Shown one piece after another: positions 1 to 8,202 of a stretch of 15,342 bases of DNA (position 1 is the stretch's first letter; each line of letters starts with the position of its first letter). This DNA is from Pseudomonadota bacterium. GTDB lineage: Bacteria > Desulfobacterota > Desulfobacteria > Desulfobacterales > RPRI01. Position numbers and translations under genes: made by a program. The stretch lies in contig JBDRRF010000047.1 of NCBI GenBank assembly GCA_043825875.1, positions 1-15,342 of the forward strand. Direction: 5' to 3'. Below the pieces are notes generated by a model. The model saw only the letters and a program-made list of their open reading frames with translations. It had not been told where the DNA came from and ran no database searches.

Positions 1-140
1 GCCAGTTTCAAAACGCCCCATTTTGGCCGATCTCTGCGTTGGGCTCAAATTTCAATCCTCGAAATACTCAATGTATTCCTGTGGTTGAAATTTTCTCCCG
101 CCTTGAGCTTGACCAAACTGAAACGTTTTGAAAGTGGCTC
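1..140. mobile_element. ~142-bp MITE/REP-like palindromic element, left copy (first 2 nt cut off by window edge)
   Basis: 1-136 matches 15207-15342 with one mismatch (C69 vs A15275). The right end CGTTTTGAAAGTGGCTC (124-140) is the reverse complement, 16/17, of GAGCCAGTTTCAAAACG. Nested internal inverted repeats are present. No ORF. Confidence 0.8.
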
Positions 141-204
141 AAAAGTTTGATGTATGCAGGGAAAAGAGTATTTTATCTTTTCGATCTGTTATTAATAAAG
201 ACCC

Positions 205-1287
205 TTATTGCTTTTTATCTTTGTTTTTTTGATCTTTAATAAATGCACTGTTATTTTTTTCTCCTGTATTTGAAAGGCTTTTAACTCCCATGGTATTTAA
301 GAGGGCATTTATGTCTGTGGTTTTAAGATTCATCCCACCTTCCGAAACAGGAAGCAGAACAATTTTTTTGCCTTGCAGTGCTTCGGCAATTTCAAGTTTT
401 ACCAAGGCTTCACCGCCAATACTGCTCAGGGCGTCATTCATTTCCTTGATACCTTTTGCTTCGGCTATTCCTTCGGCTTTGATTGCTTCAGCAAGCAACA
501 TTTGTTTCTCATAATAGACATCTACCTGGATCTTGGCCTTCAGGTATTCACCGTCAACATCTGCAACAATCTTGTTTACTTCACCTCTTACTTCCTCCAG
601 TTTTCGTTTATATTCCTCAGTGGCTGCATGCTGCGCTGACTTGTTCCTTTCAACTTGCTGGTCTGCCACCTTTTTGTCTTCAATTGCTTTCTGGTATTTT
701 GGATTAAAACGATAATCCTTTGTAAGAACCTTTTCTATGATAATCCCCATTGGCTCAAGCATTGCCTGGAGTACTTCTTTGGCTTTTTTTGCCTGCCCCT
801 CTCGCAGAGCGGATACATAAAATTCCTCAGTTTTTAATTCTCCGAATATGTCCCTGGGCTTACTCCGTGTGATGGTTCTGACAATTTTGTCGCGAAGCTC
901 CTTATCATTCCGAGCCACATTCTGAACTATCAGATATGCCTTAGCCGGGTCTATTCGGTAAACAATAATCACATCCAGACTGATATCATTGCCATCAATG
1001 GTTTTAAATAAAAGATCATCCCTGGTACTCCTGTCGCCCCTTCCCCGGTGATAAGTAAACTCCAGATTCTGAAGTTTTGTGTCAAATGTGTGCCAGTCAG
1101 TGATCAAAGGCGGGAACACAAATGTTGATCCGGGCTCATATACTTTTGGGTCAACTCCTTTTTTCCCAAATATACCCAGTTTTATAGTTCTAACACCCAC
1201 CTCTGTCTCACCGGTGGAATAAAAGATACATCCTTGAATGGAAAGTAACATGATAATCGCTATGGTCATTGTGAAGATTCGTTTCAT
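205..1287 (-). CDS. SPFH/band 7/prohibitin-family protein, probable lipoprotein
   Basis: 360 aa with SPFH signatures (FKTIDGNDISLDVIIVYRIDP; YQKAIEDKKVADQ) and an Ala/Glu/Lys-rich coiled coil. The N-terminus MKRIFTMTIAIIMLLSIQGC ends in a lipobox-like IQGC. AGGAGGT RBS and ATGA overlap with the upstream gene. Confidence 0.88.
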   Translation of the reverse strand: MKRIFTMTIAIIMLLSIQGCIFYSTGETEVGVRTIKLGIFGKKGVDPKVYEPGSTFVFPPLITDWHTFDTKLQNLEFTYHRGRGDRSTRDDLLFKTIDGNDISLDVIIVYRIDPAKAYLIVQNVARNDKELRDKIVRTITRSKPRDIFGELKTEEFYVSALREGQAKKAKEVLQAMLEPMGIIIEKVLTKDYRFNPKYQKAIEDKKVADQQVERNKSAQHAATEEYKRKLEEVRGEVNKIVADVDGEYLKAKIQVDVYYEKQMLLAEAIKAEGIAEAKGIKEMNDALSSIGGEALVKLEIAEALQGKKIVLLPVSEGGMNLKTTDINALLNTMGVKSLSNTGEKNNSAFIKDQKNKDKKQ

Positions 1288-2372
1288 TTCGCACCTCCTT
1301 TTCTAACATCAAAAAGTTTCAGTGCTTTATCAAGATCAAGCGGGTTTACCCCCGAAGGACCGTCGCTGGGCAAAACAATAATATCAAGCCCCTTGTATAC
1401 ATTTGCCATTTTCAACCCAACCATCCTTTCGGCGCCTTTCCCTTTTAGGGCTTCATTTTTAAGTCTTACCTTTTCGGCTTCGGCAAGTTTTACCAGAAGG
1501 TTTGCTTCAGCCGTTTTTTTTCGGTAGTAAAGATCCTTTTCCGCATTTTTTCTGGTGACATAAGCCTTCCCTTTTTCCATCTCAACAGAAACGATAACCT
1601 TTCCCTCCTGCTCTATTTTTTTCAACTTGGCTTCTTCAATGGCTGCGCGTGCTTCAGCCATGTTTTTAAAAACAAGCTGATCTTTTAGCTTTTTTTCTTC
1701 AATGTTTTTCTGGATTTCCGGGCTGTATTCAAAATAACGGACAAGCACATGGTCAACATAGATTCCCTTTTTTTCGAGCTCCCCGTTCAACTTGACCCTG
1801 GCCGCTTCCGCTTTTTCTGAACGGAGCAGGCTGTTATAGAATTCTTCCGTTGTGAGCTCTCCCAGCGTTTCTTTTAAGGCTGGCTCCGTTTTTGGAATAA
1901 TTCCATTATCCTCAAAAAGATTGCCCGGACCAATAATGGTAAACACTTTATACGGGTCAGCGATGTGATAAAGAATGGACACATCTACATCTACAAAAAA
2001 ACCATCTGATGTCTGAATATGGGCGGCTTTTTCCTCTCTGGCATATATCGAAGCCGTTCTCGGATATTTTGTGAGTTCAAGAACCTGTATATCCTTTGGC
2101 AGATAATGCATTTTCTGCATGACAGGGATAACAAAATGAAGCCCAGTTGTGTATGTTTCCTGCTGAATGCCTCGGTTAATCCCGATTTTAACCTGTTTTA
2201 TACCATATTCATTCGGCTCAACATACTTTAAAAAAGAATTATAAATCACTAGAACAATTGCCAATATCAAGATCAAAAGTCCTATCTTGCCGGAAAGGCG
2301 GGGTTTGAGTTTCGGAATTTTGAATTTGGATTTAAAATCCGCAAAAGATAGGTTTTTTGGGTAACCTTCCAT
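1284..2372 (-). CDS. SPFH/band 7/prohibitin-family membrane protein
   Basis: 362 aa with one N-terminal TM helix (IGLLILILAIVLVIY) followed by YVEPNEYGI, GLHFVIP and IQTSDGFFVDVDVSILYHI SPFH motifs and a coiled coil. AGGAGGT RBS just upstream. Confidence 0.9.
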   Translation of the reverse strand: MEGYPKNLSFADFKSKFKIPKLKPRLSGKIGLLILILAIVLVIYNSFLKYVEPNEYGIKQVKIGINRGIQQETYTTGLHFVIPVMQKMHYLPKDIQVLELTKYPRTASIYAREEKAAHIQTSDGFFVDVDVSILYHIADPYKVFTIIGPGNLFEDNGIIPKTEPALKETLGELTTEEFYNSLLRSEKAEAARVKLNGELEKKGIYVDHVLVRYFEYSPEIQKNIEEKKLKDQLVFKNMAEARAAIEEAKLKKIEQEGKVIVSVEMEKGKAYVTRKNAEKDLYYRKKTAEANLLVKLAEAEKVRLKNEALKGKGAERMVGLKMANVYKGLDIIVLPSDGPSGVNPLDLDKALKLFDVRKGGAK

Positions 2373-2375
2373 CTT

Positions 2376-3887
2376 TTATACCTCCTTTGTATAAATGGTT
2401 TCAGGGGATATTTTAACGGATTCCGAGTCAATACGCCCTGTTTTCAAATTGAAAAAATTGATGGCAAAGAATAATAGAAATAAAAATGCCGGGACAAGAA
2501 AAAAAGAAACCGCAAAACTTAACGCAAGTTTTTGAAAAAGTATATATGTGAGATATACCGCAGAACCTGCAATAATATATTCGTATTTTTGAGTTTTAAA
2601 TGCTGATGACAAGTGCCTGCCAAAAAGAATAAAGTAGCAGAACATGGATGCAGAAGTTGCAAACGCAGCGCCGTAATAGCCGGCAAAAGGAATAAAAAAG
2701 AAATTTAATATAAGGTTTAAAAGGGAAATAATAATGATGGTGTTTTGCAACAAGTTAACTTTGTCTTCAGCTTCATAGATGGGCTCTTGAGAGGTGACCG
2801 CAGAAAAAAACAGAAGTCCCGGAAGAATTTGGGCAAAAATATAAAATGGCGCAAGGCTTATCCCCTTTACATGGTATAGGGTCTGCGTAATTGAAGGATA
2901 AAACAATAGAATATATAAGGCCAGCACCGAGTGAAAGAAAAAAAGCAGTGCTGTAGATCGCTGGACGGTAAGAGCTGTAGTTCGTATTTGGTTTTTGGCG
3001 GCAAGGGAACAGTATTGATTCCTAAAAACCGGTTTTATACTGATTGGAATGATCAGAAACATTCGGGCTAAAATTGACGCTTGCGCATATATTCCGAGAT
3101 CTCCAGAGGATACATAAATCCCAAGCAACAAAAAATCCAGGTGCAGAACAACATCCAATGTCTCATCGGTTAAAAGAAATCGCGAGCTTTGTGTCAGAAT
3201 TGAATGAATGCGGTTTTGTTTTCTCCATATGTTTTTAAGTGCTGGAAGCTTCATTAACTTGCGGGCCTTAAAGAGCAGGCCCAGTTCACTTGCAAGATAA
3301 CCTGCGACCAGAATGGATGCTGGAAGATGGCATATCAACAAAAAATACGTAGCACCAAACAAAAATATTCGTTTCCATGTTTTCAATTTCGCGGCATCGC
3401 CGAATTTCCCACTGCCTTGAAGAATTGCTATCCTTATACGGTTAAAATTGCGAATGGGTATAGTAATGCCGATAATAATATAGGCGATTGCCTTCTCATC
3501 TACTTTTGTATAATCTGTGTCTGATAAGGCAGTAATAAAGAATAGTACTGCGCAGAAAATGCTGGTAATAAGAACGGCATAAAGCGCTTTTTCAATTGCC
3601 TGTATTTTGGCACTGCCCTCTGAATTAAAGGATATTTCACGTTCAAGGTACCGGGAAATACCAAAGTCGGATATAAATCCCGCAAAGATAAGAATTGAAA
3701 GTAGATAGGCAAAAACACCAAGACCGGCTGTTCCCAAGGTGCGTTCAACCATGACCATAATTATAAGGTTGATACACAGATCAAAAGCGCCTTCACCGAT
3801 CAAAAATAAAAAATTGCGAACCCGCTGCCACCAATTTTCACGAAGTATATATTCTATGAATTTTATGATTTTTGAAAATTCGTTCAC
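2376..3887 (-). CDS. MOP-superfamily (Wzx/RfbX-like) oligosaccharide flippase
   Basis: 503 aa with about 12-14 hydrophobic segments. Typical motifs RTLGTAGLGVF, SDFGISRYL, LGIYAQAS and NFFFIPFAGYYGAAFAT. GTG start; the exact start is uncertain. Confidence 0.8.
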   Translation of the reverse strand: MNEFSKIIKFIEYILRENWWQRVRNFLFLIGEGAFDLCINLIIMVMVERTLGTAGLGVFAYLLSILIFAGFISDFGISRYLEREISFNSEGSAKIQAIEKALYAVLITSIFCAVLFFITALSDTDYTKVDEKAIAYIIIGITIPIRNFNRIRIAILQGSGKFGDAAKLKTWKRIFLFGATYFLLICHLPASILVAGYLASELGLLFKARKLMKLPALKNIWRKQNRIHSILTQSSRFLLTDETLDVVLHLDFLLLGIYVSSGDLGIYAQASILARMFLIIPISIKPVFRNQYCSLAAKNQIRTTALTVQRSTALLFFFHSVLALYILLFYPSITQTLYHVKGISLAPFYIFAQILPGLLFFSAVTSQEPIYEAEDKVNLLQNTIIIISLLNLILNFFFIPFAGYYGAAFATSASMFCYFILFGRHLSSAFKTQKYEYIIAGSAVYLTYILFQKLALSFAVSFFLVPAFLFLLFFAINFFNLKTGRIDSESVKISPETIYTKEV

Positions 3888-3902
3888 AAATTAACCTGGT
3901 TA

Positions 3903-4127
3903 TTATTCACGATTCCACTTTAGCTGGAACTCAATTTCTTCTGTTTTTCCTTCTCTTTCATGTTCGATGTTGCATATGGCGTTTGCAGGCACATTGATTC
4001 TCTCGCCGGAAATTTGAATCCGAAAACGTTTACCCTGTTCCAGGGAATCTGCAAGGCGTCTTAATTTGTCAACCATATGTTTTACAGGGTAACCTTTTTC
4101 AATATCTATTTTAGTTTTCTTTTTCAT
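3903..4127 (-). CDS. amphi-Trp domain-containing protein
   Basis: 74 aa; LRRLADSLEQG ... IEHERE...EEIEFQLKW pattern ending in the characteristic near-terminal Trp. AAGGA RBS. Confidence 0.85.
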   Translation of the reverse strand: MKKKTKIDIEKGYPVKHMVDKLRRLADSLEQGKRFRIQISGERINVPANAICNIEHEREGKTEEIEFQLKWNRE

Positions 4128-4148
4128 TACTTTATCCTTATTTGAACC

Positions 4149-5294
4149 TTATTTTATATTTCGATTGTGTCTTTTAGGCTTTCCTTCTATTCTTTCAATC
4201 GGGTTGTTTAAATAGACTTTTCCCAATCCAATCGGTGAAGCAAGAATTCCACCTTTCTTATCTTCACTGATTCCCTCTGAATATCCAAGATCTACAGGAA
4301 TTTTACCTCTGCCACCTTGTGCATCTACTACATATGTCGGGCGAAGAAAACCTGTAGTGGTTCCGCAAAGATCTCTGCAGATTTCTTTTCCTTTGTATAT
4401 ATCTGTTCTGAAATGACCAGTTCCCTCAACAAGATCGGTATAGTACAAATAATAAGGTTTTACTCCCATTTTGCCGAGGCCGTGTACCAGGTCTTTCATA
4501 ACATCAGAGTCATCATTAACTCCTTTTAACAAAACACTTTGGTTTGCTACAGGAATGCCCAGACCCCTTAAAATTTTAATAGCCTGATAACTTTCGGTTG
4601 TGATTTCGTTAGGATGATTAAAATGCGTGTTTATATAGAGTTGAGGATCTTTAAGAGACTTGGGTGTGTGTTTTCTTAAGACCTCAATCAGTTCTACGTC
4701 TTCAATAATCTTTTGCGGCCATACGCACGGTACTCTTGTGCCGATTCTTATTAACTCAATATGGTTAATTTTTGTTAGTTTTTCCAGGATTTCATCAAGT
4801 CTTTTACTTTGAATCAGTAATGGGTCCCCACCGGATATCAATACATCTCTAATAGCTTCGTGAGATGCAATATACTCAATTCCCTTATTTAGATCTTCTA
4901 ACGATGGATTTTTCCGGTCGTCTCCTACTTTTCTCTTTCTGGTGCAGAACCTGCAATACATTGCACATTCGTTTGACACATACAGTAAAATCCTGTCAGG
5001 ATACCTATGGATTATTGTCCTTGGACCACCAAGCGGAATATCTCCTTCCTCATCCAGTGGATCCGCTGTAAGATCCATGTAATGCTCAAGTTCATCTACA
5101 TCAGGGATTGCTTGTTTCCAGATACCATCATTTATCTTTTCAATAAGACCGAGGTAATAAGTATTTACCCTTATTGGATATTTGGCAATTACTTCCTTAA
5201 GCCTGGGATCAACTCTTGCTTTCTGCCCGGTAAGCCATTTTTCCAGATCTTCAAAAGTTCTTATAGAATTTTTTAAAATATCTTTATATGCCAT
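4149..5294 (-). CDS. KamA-family radical SAM, PLP-dependent aminomutase (lysine 2,3-aminomutase-like)
   Basis: 381 aa; HRYPDRIL, C110-x3-C114-x2-C117 (CAMYCRFC), SGGDPL, THFNHPNE, NQSVLLKGVND, and the PLP lysine in DAQGGRGK331. AAGGAG RBS. Confidence 0.93.
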   Translation of the reverse strand: MAYKDILKNSIRTFEDLEKWLTGQKARVDPRLKEVIAKYPIRVNTYYLGLIEKINDGIWKQAIPDVDELEHYMDLTADPLDEEGDIPLGGPRTIIHRYPDRILLYVSNECAMYCRFCTRKRKVGDDRKNPSLEDLNKGIEYIASHEAIRDVLISGGDPLLIQSKRLDEILEKLTKINHIELIRIGTRVPCVWPQKIIEDVELIEVLRKHTPKSLKDPQLYINTHFNHPNEITTESYQAIKILRGLGIPVANQSVLLKGVNDDSDVMKDLVHGLGKMGVKPYYLYYTDLVEGTGHFRTDIYKGKEICRDLCGTTTGFLRPTYVVDAQGGRGKIPVDLGYSEGISEDKKGGILASPIGLGKVYLNNPIERIEGKPKRHNRNIK

Positions 5295-5552
5295 AAATAA
5301 TTCTCCTTTGTTTGCTTACCTTACATAAAAAAAATAGCCAAGTGCAAATTGTTGTTAATGTGGAACGGACGAGTCGAGTAATTATTTTAGTGCCCTTCAT
5401 GCTTTACGGTGCTGTTTTTGGCAAGGGAACAATTTTCGCCAATAGTAGCTTGTGTGCGTCAGGCATGGACATAAAAAATGGGGTGGTAGCCCCTTGTATT
5501 TAATCTATTATCAAAAGTATTGACCAAAGGCAAGGGCATCTTTGCAAGAAGT

Positions 5553-5604
5553 TGTTTAAAGGCGAAGCAGTGTTTAAAGCGAGCAGTAGTATTAAACCCA
5601 GCAG
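5553..5604. repeat. degenerate tandem repeat, 3 units of 16-18 bp
   Basis: TGTTTAAAGGCGAAGCAG / TGTTTAAAGCGAGCAG / TAGTATTAAACCCAGCAG in the intergenic region upstream of the kamA-like gene. Confidence 0.5.
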
Positions 5605-5670
5605 TTGCCCGATTTGTGCATAGTGAATATTATGATTGAATTTAAGCTGTCAGAATGGTTCTAAATATTG

Positions 5671-7674
5671 TTACTCCACCGGCAACTCAGGTCTGGCAGC
5701 CCACTCCGTCCAACCGGCATCATACCATTTAACATCAGTATAGCCAAGGAGCCGGACAAGAATGAAATATGTCTGGCTTGCCTGATGACCTGTACGGCAG
5801 TGAACAATAATCGGTGTTGCCTTTGCTGGAATAAGCTTTGCGTAAATTTCCCGAAGCTCATCAATGGGTTTAAAGGTGCTATAAGTATCGGCTTTTGCCA
5901 CATCTTCTGAAAAAGGACGATTGATTGCACCAGGTATGTGCCCACCTCTGGCCTCATCCTGTTTTTTGCCTGTAAAGTAGTCTGCTGGGCGGACGTCGAG
6001 TATGATAACGCCCGGCTTGCCAATAGCAGATAGGACTTCTTTGGATGTGACTGTAAACGTATCGGATTGATCCGGTGTGGGATATTGTGATGGTATAACC
6101 GATGGAAGAATAGTATCTATGGTGCGCTTTTCATCCTGCCATTTGGGAAAACCACCGCGTAGTATTCCATAGCGGCTATGTTGCAAGCGTTCGCATGCCA
6201 TACTAACCAGAGTTGCATCCTGGAGCTTATCCGTGCAGACCAAAACTATGAAATCATCCGGGCGAACACCCATCAAAGAAAAATGTTCGGCCAGCATTGC
6301 CGCAGGCAGCAGCGAAGATGGCAAGCCTTGGACCAAGCCTCTCACGCTTTCTATATTCAGACTGAGCGAACCTGGGATATGACCGGAGTTATATTCTGGC
6401 TGAGCGCGAAGATCGATGATCTTTAAGCTTTGTTTCCCAAGATTCGTGTTAAGCCAATCCGTTTCAACCAGCCCGGGTATAGTCAGGGCGGAGAGATCCA
6501 ATGCGGTTGATAAATTGGCGTTTGTTGCCGGGTTGTCGGCAGGAATCTCCGGTGCAAGAAAAAAGGAACGCCATGCATTGATTTTAAAGCCCAATGAAAG
6601 TGAAACCGGCTCCTTCCTTAATGATATCGGCTTAAGACAGGTTCCTAAAAATCCTTCCAGACCATCGGTCAGAAAATAGACGTTCTTAAATCCAAGACGA
6701 AACAGACTGTCGCGCGCCTGGGCCGGATGTGTCATGCCGTTGGAATACAGCACGATCAGGCCCTTATTTTTATGTTGGGCAAGGGAGATGGGCAAATCCG
6801 CAACCTGTATGTTCATTGCGGATCGGATATGAAATTGAGCGAATTCCACTGGTGTTCGTATATCTACCAGTATAATTGATGGATCTCCTACAAGCAGGCG
6901 ATCTGCCAGCTCCTGGGGTTCGATGTGATCCAATCCTTTTTGCAGGCCATCCAGTAATACAGTCTCTTGTGCTGCTTTTGTAAAAGATGATGTCGACATC
7001 GCCTGCTGTCCGGACACTGTAAACAGGCCGAATGCGCCCACGATTAATACCGCACTGAATGTCTTCAGAAACGGCGTTCCCCATCGTTCGCCCTTGCCGT
7101 GTCGATTCTTTTCGATATATTCCGATCCCCAAAAACAACCGACAGCAATCAGCGTGAGGAAAAAGGCGAAGCTTGCTTCGGAAACCCCCATACTGTCGTA
7201 TGCAAAAATAACTCCTCGATCTGCAGTGGTAATCGAACCTAAGATTGGATATACTTCGCTGTAAAGCATGCTGCCGCCTGCTGCTCCAATGAGAAAAACC
7301 AGTGCGTCGATCTTTCCCGATGCGAGCCCAACAGCGCCTGTGCCCGGGCACCATCCGCTCATAACAAACCCGGCACCGAAAAGCACCCCTCCTACGATTT
7401 GTGCTGCATAGAGCGTATGCAGAAAATAGACGTTTTCAAGTGTTATCCAGCCAAAGCCTTTAGCGTAACAAATGCCTATCATGGCGACAACCACTGCCGT
7501 AAACATGACTTTCAAAACCGTCATGTCACGGAAGTAAAAAATACCTGCCAGGCGCCGCGAGCTGCCAAATCCGGCCTGTTCCAATGCCACGCCAAATGCG
7601 ATGCCAATGAGCAGACTTGCCAGAAAAGCGGCAGGTGTATCCAGAGTTCCGCTTCCAAAGAAAGTTTCAATCAT
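5671..7674 (-). CDS. YeeE/YedE sulfur-transport domain fused to a rhodanese-like domain and a tandem-rhodanese (TST/MST-type) sulfurtransferase
   Basis: 667 aa. N-terminal TM region with GFGSSRRLAG and GWCPGT (YeeE). Middle rhodanese-like domain (VDIRTPVEFAQFHI; loop YSNGMT lacks Cys). C-terminal IIDLR..YNSGHIPG, LDVR..RGGHIPGA, active loop CRTGHQ and YDAGWTEW. Confidence 0.9.
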   Translation of the reverse strand: MIETFFGSGTLDTPAAFLASLLIGIAFGVALEQAGFGSSRRLAGIFYFRDMTVLKVMFTAVVVAMIGICYAKGFGWITLENVYFLHTLYAAQIVGGVLFGAGFVMSGWCPGTGAVGLASGKIDALVFLIGAAGGSMLYSEVYPILGSITTADRGVIFAYDSMGVSEASFAFFLTLIAVGCFWGSEYIEKNRHGKGERWGTPFLKTFSAVLIVGAFGLFTVSGQQAMSTSSFTKAAQETVLLDGLQKGLDHIEPQELADRLLVGDPSIILVDIRTPVEFAQFHIRSAMNIQVADLPISLAQHKNKGLIVLYSNGMTHPAQARDSLFRLGFKNVYFLTDGLEGFLGTCLKPISLRKEPVSLSLGFKINAWRSFFLAPEIPADNPATNANLSTALDLSALTIPGLVETDWLNTNLGKQSLKIIDLRAQPEYNSGHIPGSLSLNIESVRGLVQGLPSSLLPAAMLAEHFSLMGVRPDDFIVLVCTDKLQDATLVSMACERLQHSRYGILRGGFPKWQDEKRTIDTILPSVIPSQYPTPDQSDTFTVTSKEVLSAIGKPGVIILDVRPADYFTGKKQDEARGGHIPGAINRPFSEDVAKADTYSTFKPIDELREIYAKLIPAKATPIIVHCRTGHQASQTYFILVRLLGYTDVKWYDAGWTEWAARPELPVE

Positions 7675-8200
7675 CCCACTGCCTCCTTACAAACCATGCG
7701 ATGGAGTAGCCGCCGGCAAACATAAAGATAAGAAAGAGCAAGCTTCCTGTAATGAGCGCTGCGCTTCCGGTCAGGGCTTGCCCTGAAGTGCATCCGTTAG
7801 CAAGACGACTTGCAAATCCTGCGATGATACCACCGGCCAAAGCAAAAAGAAGACGCTTTCGGGGCGAACATTTGGCACCGCGTTCTACTTTGATATCGCA
7901 GCGATTGGCTATCAAGGCCGAAATCAACCCCCCAAAAAACACGCCTGCCAGCATAAAGACAAGATAGTATTTAAGCGGCTGTTGGCCCCAGCTTCCAAAA
8001 TATTCACTGGCCAGCGTCCGTGCCGGGGCGACTGATAATTCGAAATATGCTCCCACCCGTGCGATGCCTGAGGAGGCACCAAGCCCAGCTCCTAAGATCA
8101 GATATGACAGCAAAAGGGTTATTCCGAGCATAACCCCTGCAAAATAGGGGTTTATGTAGTCCTTTCGATCTTTGATTTTATCGGTTAAGTTATCATTCAT
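7667..8200 (-). CDS. YeeE/YedE family thiosulfate/sulfur transporter protein
   Basis: Hydrophobic protein with NPYFAGVMLG, GLGASSG and RLANGCTSGQAL (conserved YeeE Cys motif). The ATG at 8200 with GGGGTG upstream is preferred over the GTG at 8209. Overlaps the next gene by 8 nt. Confidence 0.88.
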   Translation of the reverse strand: MNDNLTDKIKDRKDYINPYFAGVMLGITLLLSYLILGAGLGASSGIARVGAYFELSVAPARTLASEYFGSWGQQPLKYYLVFMLAGVFFGGLISALIANRCDIKVERGAKCSPRKRLLFALAGGIIAGFASRLANGCTSGQALTGSAALITGSLLFLIFMFAGGYSIAWFVRRQWDD

Positions 8201-8202
8201 GA

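Noticed and set aside
5312..5503. 63-aa plus-strand intergenic ORF
   Set aside because: TTG start, no RBS, no motif, and antisense to the kamA leader.
5295..5670. Lysine riboswitch upstream of the kamA-like gene
   Set aside because: I could not find the conserved AGAGGNGC start or the multi-helix L-box pattern on the minus strand.
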